This document shows, piece by piece, positions 12,290-25,605 of a DNA stretch of 64,000 nt. Positions within the stretch are counted from its first letter, which is position 1. Each line of letters opens with the position of its first letter. Origin of the DNA: Octopus vulgaris (Eukaryota); contig OX597817.1 of assembly GCA_951406725.2 (NCBI GenBank), forward strand, positions 88,722,001-88,786,000, given 5' to 3'. Made by a program: the position numbers and the translations under genes. The notes below the pieces were generated by a model. It saw only the letters and a list, made by a program, of their open reading frames with translations, had not been told where the DNA came from and did not search any database.

Positions 12290-14769
12290 CTAAAATAAAA
12301 AAAATAAAACAAAATGAACAAAGATATAAATTAGGTAGAATTAATTAATAGCTGTTCACTCAAACACTAGAGAATAATAAATACAAACCAATGAGCAGAA
12401 TCTTAACAACACTTTCTTTTAGAGAATTTACAAACAGTAGCTTTGACATCTGTTATATAATAACACAAATGGACATAGACACTAAGACACAAATGAAACA
12501 ATAGTGGAGTAAATAAATAGATTAAAAGGACACTTTCAGACAGTGAGAGGGAAGAGGGACCACCCAGACTGAAAATCACATGATAGAAGACCACACACAG
12601 GGGATAAAATACTGCAAGACTACAAGCAGACATGCTGAGCATTTGAGAGTGTACATTGACAGGAGAGTGTGCTGAAGACCACACACACAGACTACTAAAT
12701 GAAGAACATACATAAGAGAGTGTGCTTCAGAAACACAAACACCCACAGAGGAATGGCTAAAGAAAGAATACATATTCTACAGGGACCATATAAACACAGA
12801 AACAGTAAGAGAAAAAAAAAACCATGCACTTGAAAGAAAAAAGTAAGCAGACACACACACACAATCCCAAAATTTATAATATATGATAAAAACAAACTAG
12901 AAAATGTAAGTGTGTCTACAGATATGAAGGAAATACTTGGATAAGTACAGAGATCAATGTTCATATACTACATGTGTGATGAAGTCAACAACTACAACAA
13001 CAAAGCATTGTTCATACCATTTAAGAGTTGTGTGGTATATGTTAACGAGTGCAGCAGCTGGCCAAGTTTGAGAAATTGGTTTATACCCTTGTCACTATTA
13101 ACTGCAATGACGGTTGTGCAATCAATACACAGAACCTTTTACTCCTCAATATACTCTAATGATCTATTTCTTACAAGGACTGAAGGTATACAATACATAT
13201 TACCAATGTGTATCACTATGCTTCTTTCTTAGCATTCCAGCCTGTTCAAATTTGAGTTTAATGGGTATAGATATACTGTTGTTGCCTTTTTTTTTAAAAT
13301 TAAAGTTACAATTACACATACTCAATTAGACACATAACCTTACATTTTTGAGATTAAAGCATTGTTTAAATATAAATTTTAATGAAGTGTAACATGAAAC
13401 ATTACATTAAATGAAATAACTATATTATGAAAAACTGAAAAGTTTATTCTTTTATTAAAGAAACACTATAGAATAGAAGTTACATAATTAAAAAATGCTA
13501 AGATTGCTGACATCATGTTCCTAAATTCAGAATTGCTTCCACCAGATCCTTCATCAAAGCTCTTAAATCTGATTTGACTATTTGCCAGTGCAGAAAAGAG
13601 TGTCTCAATACTACAGTGGATGAGATTGTTGATACAGTTATAGCTACATCACTAATGGCCTCTAGATAAATAGGGATAATTTCTATAGTCAGTTTCTAGG
13701 TGCTTTCATACTTTCCCATTCTTTTAATCCATTTAAAAAAATCTTACCAATTTTTTTTATTTGGATTTGTTTTATAAATAAGCAGTGATGTTTTAACTTT
13801 CAATGTTCAAACTTTAATTCAGTGTTTCACTCCATTTGTTTTCTTACACTCTCAATGCTCCCACACCATTTTCTCATGTACATACACACAGCATCAGGCC
13901 AGATGAATTTAGTTCTAGGCACTATTTATATGCAGGTAACTACTTTATATAGTACCATCCTACTACAAGAGAACTTTTGACACACCATTGCTTGACTATA
14001 GTTAATGACCCAATCTTTAGCACATGGCTTTGACCAAACTTGGGTATGTTCTATGCTTCCTACATACCCTACTAGCTGACAGTTGAAATTTATTTTTATA
14101 CTTTGATTTGTAGTTGTACAAAATTTTCCACCATCCATTTTGAGAAACAGTTGTCTACTTCATTTGATGATGATGATTCTGAGCTAACAGTACATCTACC
14201 TTCTTTGCTCTATGGTTCAATAGTTTCATGTAGTAGCTGTTGCCAATTTAAGCGAGATACTACTTTAAAGAGGGTATGTTTTCTTCAGCAATTTGGTTAT
14301 TGTTCAAACACATCCAGTTCAATGGATAAGTATAAACAATAGCCAACAGAAGTTAATTATCCAGCAAGAGAACCTCTCCTACCATCAGCATTATATCATA
14401 ATTTATGTATGGTCAAAATCAGTATGTGTCTATTAACTCTGATTCCAGTAACACAATAATTCCTTCTCAACCCTAGCAGTGACACTGTGGGTAAGGAACT
14501 CAGTTGTTAATTCATTGTCCACATAGGCAAGTAATGGGAACACAATAAGAATGACAAAGGCTGACTTCAATCCTTCCTGTAAGAGATTGGAACTCATACT
14601 TGTTCTCCTAAACCCAATCAATTAAGGACCTTAGTATCACTACTTTAAGTTACATTTTTTCACAAACTACACTGATTCACAGAAGAAGTGTATTATAGGT
14701 AACAGATCTGTCTACCTGTAGACAGACTAATTGGTAAACTTAGGTACATACTCTCCAGATAATTAAACT

Positions 14770-15740
14770 GGGGTTACGGAGACCACAGACATCCATGAGC
14801 CCCATAAAACAAGAAAGGTCACAATAAACAAGTTGTCAGAGTTGATGAAAATCTGTAACAGCTGATAATTAATTTTCATTTGCTTTTAGATTTAACCCAG
14901 TAGAAATAGTGAAGGGAGCCAGACTAATCTTTGAGCAAAGGGGATTTATCCGAAAGTTCTACTGGAAATTTGTAAATGCAGTCAAGTGCAAAGACAGTTT
15001 AAGAGAGAATTTCAACCAGATCCAACTACATGACTTATCATCAAACTAAAGATAAGTTTGAAGGAGATGGAACTGTGCGGAATATCCAAATGAAACATTC
15101 CAGGAGACCACAGACATAAATGAACCCCATAAAACAAGAAAGGGCACAAGAAACATGTTGTCAGAGTTGATGAAAATCTGTTGACAAGCAGGCTGTGAGA
15201 TATAAACTTCCAAAATCAAGTGTACAATATGGTAGAGTTCATTATCATATGGTTTAATTACACTATCCATTTTCGATGGTGCAGTAACTGGTCCTATTTT
15301 TGGACATGCTGTGAAAATCTATTATGCCACGCATTACTGAGGACAGAAAATGTGGAGTTTTATTTCCAGCAAGATGAGGTATCCCCACATTACCATAGTA
15401 TATTTTAAGGGCCTATCTTGGTGAGATTTTTCCAAACAAGTGGACTGGAAGAAGTTCAGGAAAATGCCTTTCATGTTCACCAGACCTCACACCAGGAGAC
15501 TTTTTTTTAAAGGAGATACTTAAACTATAACGTTTACAGTACAAAACTGGCAACAGTTAATGAATTGAGGGTAGCCATTGAATGAGAATGCAAATACCAA
15601 ATGAAACGTGAAAACACATACAAAGAAATTAAATTCTGTATGTAGATTCTCTATAAAATTTTGAAAATGAAATTTATTTTAGTAAGCATTCACTTTATAA
15701 ATTATTCAGTGTGAGCATACATTTTTTGAGGACAACCTAT
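14770..15740 (+). mobile_element. Degraded Tc1/mariner transposase relic
   Basis: YFQQDEVSPH (15361), FPNKWTGR and SPDLTPGDFF motifs; TIR-like end TTTTTGAGGACAACCTATA. A stretch of about 70 bp is duplicated (about 14779 and 15103). Confidence 0.7.
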
Positions 15741-17332
15741 ATATATTAAATACACACACACATACACCAACCTGTGAGTATTCATTTTATTTAAAATGTA
15801 AGTCCAACAATTAGACAAAACAGATCTATGTAACATCATCATCGATTAACGTCCTCCTTCCATGCTGGCATAGGTTGGACGGCTTGACAAGAGCTGGCCA
15901 AGTGGGAGTCCACGCCATGAGAAGACTAGGGAATTGCAACATGATTGTGCAACCTATTAAAAATAACGGCCAGATCTCTTTCAAATCACATCCTACCACT
16001 TAAAGATCATCACATCAGTTTAATAAAGACTGACTTGGGGCACAATAACAACAAAGCACCATACAGAAATAATTTGAACAGAATTTTGAGAACTGCATAA
16101 AAACACAAAGAAAGGGTCATGCTTAAAGCTTTGGATTCTAGCTCTTTTTGTGAGAAGCACAAATTTTAATTCTTGCTAATTTTGGAAACACAAAATATTT
16201 GATACATGAAGGTATTTTAGAATGAAAGTTGGGTCATCAAGAGACGGAAAATTCGAAATTATCTACAGATGACTGAGCTAAAGAGGCCAAGTTTCATGAA
16301 AGAGATGACAAAGGACTACTGCAAGTGGCCACAGGTTACACTAGAGAAGACACCCCCTCCCTCCACCAAAGCAAGCCTAGCAGAACTGAGGTAAAAATAG
16401 GGTGGTGGTGACAGAGGTTGTGATGTATATCTATATTTGGAATCTCTCTCACTTCATGCTGAAGTCTCCACCTGCTTTCCTCCAACTCTTTTCATTACCT
16501 TCTCATCAACATCTTCCCAATCACTAAGCCACAGTGATAGGGGTGAGGATAAATGGTAAGTGGTTAAAAAGAAGGTATAAATTTAGAACTGGATCTGTCC
16601 ATGTTCAACATCCTTAACACTGGCGATTATCCTTATTTATTGCTAAAAAATTTTAAAAAATTTTTCTTACTACTTAATATTCACAATCATTACTACTTAC
16701 ATTGCTGATTCTACATAGATTTACAAGAATTCAGTCAATTATGAATTATAAGTTGATACAACAATGCTCATATTGGTTCTTGTTTAGCCTAGGAGGTCAA
16801 TTCTGGTACAGCAAACCTATGATGAAATCTATTCCAACCATGATCATCCATCCAGACTTTTATTTTAATTCTATCAAGAACTACATTGCCTGATGTCTTC
16901 TTTATTTTCCATACTTGCATTGGTTAGATGAATATATTGCAGCACTGCTTTATGGCCAGATTCTCTTCCTGTTAGCTAAACTTTACCTATTTTTCAGGTA
17001 CAATGTTTCTTCTGCATATCTTTAAAGGTATAGAGTCAGCAGACATTTTGTTAACAAGAAAAATGACATCACTACTTGCAACTTGGTAGTTTTTAAAGAA
17101 GCATAAATGTAAACAAATACACACACACAAACAGAATCCTTCCACCATTTCTTCACAAAAGTCACCCTATTCTTACTCGTGTAATATAGCAATTACTATT
17201 AATTGATAATAACTGTCTGAAGCACAGATAGGAACAAAACTGAAATATAAACATCTATAACTAGTTTATACTCACTTTGTCAGTGACACAAATGATGATT
17301 GGTTTACTCCTTTATAATAATTATTATTATTA

Positions 17333-17520
17333 AGATGGCAAGATGGCAGAATTGTTAACGTGCAAGACAGAATGCTTAGCAGCATTTCAACTGTCTTTAC
17401 ATTTTGAGTTCAAATCTCGCCAAGTTTGACTTTGCCTTTCTTCCTTTCTACAAATATTGAGGTCTATATAATCAACTAACCTCCTCCACCAAAACGTCAG
17501 GTATATAGTAGAATGGATTG
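17333..17520 (+). mobile_element. SINE family C (Deu/Nin-domain-like), degraded
   Basis: AAGATGGCAAGATGGCAGAATTGTTAAC head, GAGTTCAAATC B box and TTTGCCTTTC..CCTTTC. Confidence 0.55.
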
Positions 17521-18624
17521 TCATTATTACCACTACTATAAAACTTATCTATAGCATGCAGACAGGTGGTTGGTGGATAGAGTCAACAATCTTCATTGAT
17601 AATGCATTTTCCACAAACCCACCCTCATAAAAAAAAAACTTTTACCTCCTGTGAGTCATTATTGCAGTTAAAAGGTAAGTGTTGAGGCAAACTAAGATAC
17701 TATACAACAAAGGCTTAGTCTTTATTGCCACGTCAAGTTCTCACCATAGCCTTCTCTCACAAGCAAGTATCAATCAATAGTATGTGCCATGCTTTTGCTA
17801 ACTGTTTTAGGTGCTCACATGAACTGCCACCCTTGACACAGAACATTCAGATGAGACAGCTGGAAGAGAGAATGCAGCCCCAGCTCTTGGCTGATATGCA
17901 TTTCCAAGTAAGGTGATAGGGCAAAATACAACAATATCATCACAGTGATTTTTGGAGAAGTCATGTTATCACAATCAATTACTATTAATTGATAATGAAA
18001 AGCATCTGAAACACAAAATGTCTTGCTCAAGAACACAAGTTGCTTAGTCAAGAGATCAAACCCACAACCTTAAGATCATGAGCCAAACACGCTAACCACA
18101 AGGCCATACATCTACAATGAATAATAAACAATAGCTAACAAAGCTTGTATATGGATTCTATATTGCTGACTTTCACATGAAGTCAGTGACTTCAATAGAA
18201 AACTAGTGGATTTTTTGAAGTTCATATCTACCAAAGAGATTGTGAAACAATCATAGTCATCATCTATTGACTACACTTTGCATCATGTATGGTGTCAAAC
18301 ATACCACATATTTCATTCCATCATTCAGTGTCCCTATGAGGGATCGGTTTCCAGATGATGACTTGAGTGCCTCTTTCAGGCAGTATTCAGAAAGCAGCAG
18401 GCATTTTCTTATTATCTTGTCAATCAATAGTAAACCTTCTGGCCTGAGCAGGAACTTGTGTATTAATGGATCTTTATTACAGATAACCATATATACTAGG
18501 ATATAGATTGTAATAGTATAGTTTTTTTTTTTGTTCTTCTAAATGAGTATGAACTATAGTGAAACAATCTGAACTATATTTGTCTACTGTCACTTCAAAT
18601 AGTGAAGATGATTCAAATATTTAA

Positions 18625-18844
18625 CCCTGTTGTTAGCATATTTCTGTTGAGAAATACAGCCTTTGTTTCAATTATTTCGAAAATTAAGAATTTTGCATAA
18701 AAAAACTTCATCATTGTTAAAGGTAGAGTTTGGAATATAAATTAACATGAAATTTTAATGTAAGGTTTTAATTTAGCTCACTTTAAAACAGGAAGTTTGT
18801 ATCATAGGGCAAAGACAATCTCAGGCAGGTTGTTATCAAAAGGG
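18625..18844. mobile_element. piggyBac-type MITE
   Basis: TTAA-CCCTGTTGTTAGC ... GTTATCAAAAGGG-TTAA; body similar to 7709-7950. Confidence 0.75.
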
Positions 18845-20379
18845 TTAAAGGAATGACCAGATGTATTGAATAAAAAACATCAATAAAGGTATTTTTATGA
18901 AGCAGTAATATAGCAATAATCATAAAATAATTTAGCAGTAAGAGAAGAACTAACTTTTCAAGAATGAGATCAGATCAGATATTCCAGCTGAGCAATAACT
19001 GGGTAAATCTCACTAGTATGAAAAGAGGCTGTAAGTGTTATAGGGATTGTATCAACTCTTTTATGAACAACTTATTGTATAACAGTTGTAGTTGAGTTAC
19101 TAACTATAGTTGGTTCTATATCATAAACAAACAGATGACATTGAAAACAGTGATGTGGGGGTCTACCCACAGCTCTACTGTGTCAGATGTCTTAACACAC
19201 TTTATGTTTGTTACACATCTTTTAATCATCATTTTAGCCATAGCTACCCTGATTTTAGCACAGAACATAGTTTAACTAGGTTTTAGGGTGTGAAGAAACA
19301 TCATGACTCTCTTCATTTCAAAGACTCTAGAATGTTTACTTTCAGCAGATATACAGAAATCTCACACTGAATTACAGGCACTGAAGATTAAGAGGATAAA
19401 GTACTCTATGACTACTAGAACAGTAGCCTGTGGATCATACTTTAAATACTGTCTTAATCTTTCATATCTCAAAGGTTGATAAAATAATCAATAATAAAAG
19501 AACAGCTAACAGAAAATCCATTAAGTGTGATACAAAACTGAAAATAGTAATCAAAGGATTGCTACATTTATGAATGCCTATCTTTTACCATAAATTGCAA
19601 GCATCATTCTAAACTTGAAACATATTAGCAGGGGCTTAACATATATTAGGAACTGGAAATATTAGTCACTACTATCAATTATTGTAATTAGCTTATTGCA
19701 TAAAATATTACAAAAAGTTTTTAAACTTATGTTATATTCCCATGAATTGTATAAGTTGGAGTGCCCATTTCTTTTCATCTCTAAGTTTTACAATGTAACA
19801 TGTGAACATGAATTTTTAGGCTCCTGCAATACAACATAAGACAACATCTGTGTGTCTTTAATCTTAAGTCTTACAAAGCAACAATACTGAGTTGTCTTTT
19901 ACCCCTTAGTCTTGTCATATGTGACTGTGTCGTTAATCCTAAATCTTAGAATGCAACACCTGGAATATGTCTTTAATCTTAAGTCTACAACACATCATGT
20001 TAATGCCTGCATATCTTATGCCATTATTCCTGTTCTCACAGCTGAGTGAACTAATTCTAGACCCACTCATACCATAAGGATCTTCCATATCCACCAACAA
20101 CACCAGCTGCTAACACAAACTGGACATCATCTCTGAGATCTAGTACCAAACAGAAGTTCTATCTATGACCCCACCCACTGATTTTATGTAATTTGTCTCA
20201 AGATATAGATCCGGGGAAACTAAAATCTAATGTTATTTTCTGAAATAAATGGGTTGTTTTTTTCCCCCTCCTCCCTCTGCTTTAGCATGATAAGCTGAAA
20301 CAAACCCATCCATGTCAGCAATAAAAAAAGACATGATGATGAAACCTGGTGTGTGTGTGTGTGTATCCTAACAAATATC

Positions 20380-20718
20380 CTTTTGTTTCAGTCATTTGAC
20401 TGCAGCTATTCTGGAGCACCACCTTTAGTTGAACAAATTAACCCTAGTACTTATTCTATTGGTCTCTTTTGACAAAATGATAAGTTACGAGGGCTGTAAA
20501 CACACCAACATCGGTTGTCAAGCAATGGTTGGGGAACAGAAACACACATATATACGGCGGGCTTCTTTCAGTTTCCGTCTATCAAATCCACTCACAAGGC
20601 TGTTGTCAGCCCGAGGCTATAGTAGAAGACTCTTGCCCAAGGTGCCATACAGTGGGACTGAACCCAGAACCATGTGGTTTGTAAGCAAGCTACTTACCAC
20701 ACAGCCACTTCTGTGCCT
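20380..20718 (-). mobile_element. SINE family A
   Basis: Near full-length match to 49453-49865. Confidence 0.85.
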
Positions 20719-21798
20719 ATAAAACATCAAGAATTATTTTGACAATTATTCTATCTTACAGAAGTCAAATTTATCCCGCAACAAATTCCTATGTAAGTCT
20801 GTAGTTATAAATTTTGGGGCTGCAAATTCACAATAAAGAAAAGTTAGCTACTGCTGGACCATCAATAAGCTGATGAAGTTCTAACAAAATGAGCAGGATA
20901 GTCAACAGAAGAATGTGCAATGCACACTGCCACAATTGATAAACTGCTGCATGTTGGAATGCAGTATATTCTTTAGTATATCTTTAGCGCTTAACCTAGC
21001 TTGTTCATTTTTCATTCATTTTTCCATACTTACATGGGTCTCACACACATTACTGAGGTATTGTTTTACAGTTGGATGCCCTTCCTGCCATTAAACTTTA
21101 CCTCTTTTTCAAGTAAATGGACAATCTATAAACAAGGAATGTCAAGAAACAACACTGTAGCTCAGCACTTTTCCATGTGTAGCATATACTGGAAATATTC
21201 ACACAGACATATGCACATATCTGAGAAATGGAGCCATAGCAGAGGATGACACAGTGTTATTGAACATGAAACCATACAGCCGAGAAGTGAATTTCTTAAC
21301 ACATAGCCATGCCCATGCCTGCCTAATTCTATGATCAATGGAGTCTGCTCAATTGAGCTGACTTCAGACTTCCCAACAACGTGATAGAATGATTGCTGCA
21401 TCTGTAGGTTTTAGAGTTAAATTGCCTCCTTATGGACTATAAGCCTACTGAAGAATAACTGACTGAAGCTATAAATTGAAACTGTGAAAATGCTTTGTAC
21501 ATCTATTTTAATAAAGTCAGAAATTTAGAGGATCTTTTTTCATGGCTAAGCCAAAAGTGAAAAGGCAGCATCACATCCCTGACCCATTGTAGGGCCTATA
21601 AGTCTGGTGGAAGGAAGTTACAATATGATCAGTGACCTGCATGTTTACAAAATGGATGATAATTTAAGTTCATCATCCACCTGAATAACTACAACAGGTA
21701 GATTAGAAGAGTTCCAGTGACCTACTGACCACATGGCCAGCCAGGGTCACCTGTAAAACCAGTACCTTACTTCTATGGATCAGTAGCAGGTTTAATAA

Positions 21799-22011
21799 CC
21801 CTTTAGTATTTAAACTAGCCATATCCAGCTCAAATCTACTTGTTTTATGTTCAAACCTGCCAGATCTGGCTTTTTACACTTACCCCACAAAGTCATTCTA
21901 AAAATAAACAATCACATCATTGAAATCTCAAAGCTATGAGATAATGCATGATTAATTCAAAGCAATGTGAATAAATATTAAATTTGACAGAGCAATCTGA
22001 ATGCGAAAGGG
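21799..22011. mobile_element. piggyBac-type MITE
   Basis: TAA-CCCTTTAGTATT ... AATGCGAAAGGG; imperfect TIR. Confidence 0.55.
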
Positions 22012-22744
22012 AAGGGCACACATTTGTTAAAGGCACTGCCATAATTCATTTGCAGAACAAGAGAAAGAAAAATAACATGTAGCTGTTGTTCAGCCTCAGA
22101 TTGATGTTAATTGAGCAGACAGATTAAAGGCATGGCAGTCATGACTACTACATCATATTTTTTTTTTGTTTTGTCTGTTTTTGTTACAATGCATCCATGA
22201 GTTTATATTTTCTGTTTCCACTTTTTAAGATGGTAGAGATGTGATTTGAGAGAGATTTAGTTAGTATTTTTAGCAGGCTGAGCAACTTCATGTCGTCTTT
22301 CTAGCTAGCTAAAAGAAGTTCCTAATTAATGTAATAATTTATTTCTACAATTAAAAAAAGAAAAAGAAAAAAGTTACTTCATTATCTGGAGGAAAAGACA
22401 GAAATAAAGTGAAATAGAAAACCCCAGAAAACATCTCAGATATTTAATACAGATATCTAAGAATCAATCTTAAATGAAGCAGAGGTATTGATTTGAGAGG
22501 AAGTATTATCTGATTTTAGATCAGCATTCAATTAAAAACAAACCAACAAATTTGTTTATAATTATAAATATACTGGGTTTTACTTTACTGTTCAAACGGA
22601 TAAAGATTTCAGCCAAAGATAATTGATTGTAAACTACAGTCAACTGTAGATGGGCCAGACAACAATGTTCACAAGCTATCTCCCAGTGTTAAGCACAATG
22701 CAGAAAAAGTATGTGTGTGTGTGTGTATATTTATATATATATAT

Positions 22745-23092
22745 TCTTTTATCCATTTACTTATTTGTCATTTGACTGTGGCCATGCTGGAGCACTGCCT
22801 TGAAGGGTTTTAGCTGAACAAATCAAGCACTGTACTCATTTTCTTAAGCCCAGTACTTATTCTATTGGTCTCTTTTACTGAACCGCTAAGTTACAGGGGC
22901 ATTGGTTGTCAAGCAGTGAAGGGAAGACAAACACACACATATATATGACAGACTTCTTTCAATTTCTGTCAACCAAATCCACTCACAAGGATTTGGTCAG
23001 CCCAAGGATATAGCAGAAAACACTCACCCAAGTTCCCATGCAGTAGGACTGAACCTGAAACCATGTGGTTAGGAGCCCAAGCATGGCCACAC
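22745..23092 (-). mobile_element. SINE family A
   Basis: Match to family A with several CpG decay transitions. Confidence 0.8.
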
Positions 23093-24284
23093 CCTCTCGG
23101 TCGAAATGTATAAAACGATAAAAGACTATATATACGTATATAAATTAATATATATATATATATATATATAATATTACATAATCTACAGAGGTACACAGGC
23201 AAGGAGTTCAAAAAAAGTACTTGATGCTGAGGGGTGAGGGTTGTTTATGTTATTGCAGTTGTCACCTCACATTTAGATATACTAATTTCAGGTTCCTATT
23301 CAATCAGGCTAAATATAAAGTGAACTTCATATCCAGTTGGACAATCATTCATATCTGCTCTAGTACTTATCGTAACAGAATATATTTGTTAAAATACTAA
23401 GTTAATAGTTTGAAGCATCATTCCTTTTACAACTAAAGGTGTGTTAAAATACACAAACACAGATACATAGAGACGTATGATAGGTTTTTGAAGAGTTTCT
23501 GTAAACACAACTACATCCACAGGATACTGATCAACCCAAGACTTCAATATAAGAAGCGATATCAGACTATAACTTTTAATCACACATGCATACCTGCAAA
23601 TCATAAATATATACAAAGTGCAGGCACAGCTGAGTAAATAAATTTGCTTTTCTTCAACTACATGGTCTTGGGTTGTGTTCCATTGTGCAGTACCTTGAAC
23701 AAGTGCTTTCCTCCATAGCACCCAAATGACCAATACCTTGCAAGTGAATTTAGTAGATGGAAGCTGTGCAAAAGCTCTTCAATTATATATATAGGGATGG
23801 GTGTGTGGTTAAGAAATTGAAACCATGTTGTGCGTGTCTGTGTGTGCATCATGACTGTGCTTTGCTGTTTGACCATTGGTGTAGGTTTGTTTAAATTCTG
23901 TCACTTTGCCATCTCATATAAAAATATTCTATAAGTACCAAACTTAAAATAAAAAATAAGTACTATGGCTGAGTTAATTGGTTTAAAATCCATTAAGTCT
24001 GTGTACCAACTGATGATTCAATCCATCACTCAGAGTTTCTGTAGGGGGACAAAAGGTTCACCTTTTTGTCATTTGAAACATTATACAATATGAGAAATTG
24101 GCAAGTGGTAGAGTGACTCTAGTTTCAAATGAATGAATAAAAGTCTTTTACATATACTTACTACTTTTTCTCCCATAATATATTATGTATACCCAAATGT
24201 GAATATATTTTATATTATGGTACAAAGATATATATGTAACTACATATATATATATATACACACACACGCGCACATATATATATT

Positions 24285-24620
24285 GGAGACCCGCTTCAGT
24301 CATGAATGACCAAGGGACTGCACCTAGAAAGTTACTTTCCGTGGCACAAGTCCGGGCAAGGTTGTTTGTGGAAGGCCAGCAGTCGCCCATGCATACCAGC
24401 CTCCCCTCTCCACACTACTGATGTAATCCAAGGGAAAGGCAAAGGCCAATACAGCTTGGCACCAGTGATGTCGCAACTCATTTCTACAACTGAGTTAACT
24501 GGAGCAACGTGAAATATAGAGTCTTGCTCACGAACACAACACACAGCCCGGCCCAGGAATTGAACTCACAACCTCACAATCATAAGCGTGATGCTCTAAC
24601 CACTGAGCCATGCGCCTTCA
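24285..24620 (-). mobile_element. SINE family B
   Basis: Reverse complement of 2662-2991 over essentially its full length. Confidence 0.9.
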
Positions 24621-24879
24621 TACCACGCACACACACGATGTTAGGAAAGGCAGCCATCCATAGAAACTATGCCACATCAGACAGGAACCTGATGCAGCCC
24701 TCAGGCTTTCCAGTTCCCTCTCAAACCGTTTAACCCATGTCAGCATGGAATATGGCTGTTAAATGATTATGATGATGAAATAGATCAACAAACGGATAGA
24801 TATATATTATGGTACAAAGATAAACAAATGTGTTTATATTCTATGGCTGTTTGTCATATGTAATTTAATTAAGATAGCA

Positions 24880-25191
24880 TGAAGGCGCATGGCTTAGTGG
24901 TTAGGGCATTCGGCCCATGATTGTAAGGTTGTGACTTCAATTCCCGGCAACACGTCGTGTCCTTTATTTTCACGTTGCTCCAGTCCACTTAGCTGGCAAA
25001 AATGAGTAGTACCTGTATTTCAAAGGGCTGGACTTTCCACACTGTGTGTCACACTGAATCTCCCTGAGAACTATGTTAAGGGTACATGTGTCTGTGGAGT
25101 GCTCAGCCACTTGCACATTAATTTCACAAGCTAACTGTTCCATTGATAGTATCAGCTGGGACCCTCGTCGTCATAACTGACGGAGTGCTCC
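24880..25191 (+). mobile_element. tRNA-derived SINE (family B-type head, different tail) with 14-bp TSD
   Basis: A box TGGCTTAGTGG. TAATTAAGATAGCA is duplicated at 24866-24879 and 25192-25205. Confidence 0.85.
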
Positions 25192-25424
25192 TAATTAAGA
25201 TAGCACAAATTCTTTACGTCTAGAAATATAAACCCAATTAATACACACACACGCACACTTACATAAAAGTTTGCTTTCCTATAAGAATAAATGTAATATT
25301 TATTATTTTTTAATACTCTCATCAGGTTTCCTTGTCACTACATTAATAGCAGTTTTCATGGTGTTCATGTTAAATGTGTAACAATAATAACTACAAAAAC
25401 TAAAAGAAGTAGTAAGTAACTCAC

Positions 25425-25605
25425 CAGTTTTGTAAATTTTAATCAATTCATCAGCTACTTTCTTATCGATTCCATGATCGATTAATTTTTGATAATCGTC
25501 AGAGTGACCATTCTCCATGGTTTCTGTAGATTCTTCAGCTTCGTCCTCAGCTAAAAGTTGATCTTCCAATGATGGATCTACTTCTTCCTGTCCATTTTCA
25601 GCCAT
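25425..25605 (-). CDS. SYNCRIP: hnRNP Q/R (SYNCRIP-like) first coding exon
   Basis: Long pyrimidine tract, then tattag|ATG. Reads MAENGQEEVDPSLEDQLLAEDEAEESTETMENGHSDDYQKLIDHGIDKKVADELIKIYKT(G), resembling human HSENFQTLLDAGLPQKVAEKLDEIYVAG. Donor ACTG|GTGAGT (phase 1) is frame-compatible with the exon at 12289. Confidence 0.93.

Noticed and set aside
21449-21490. CTGAAGA...GAAAC hammerhead-like spacing
   Set aside because: No convincing stems I-III and no correctly placed NUH triplet.
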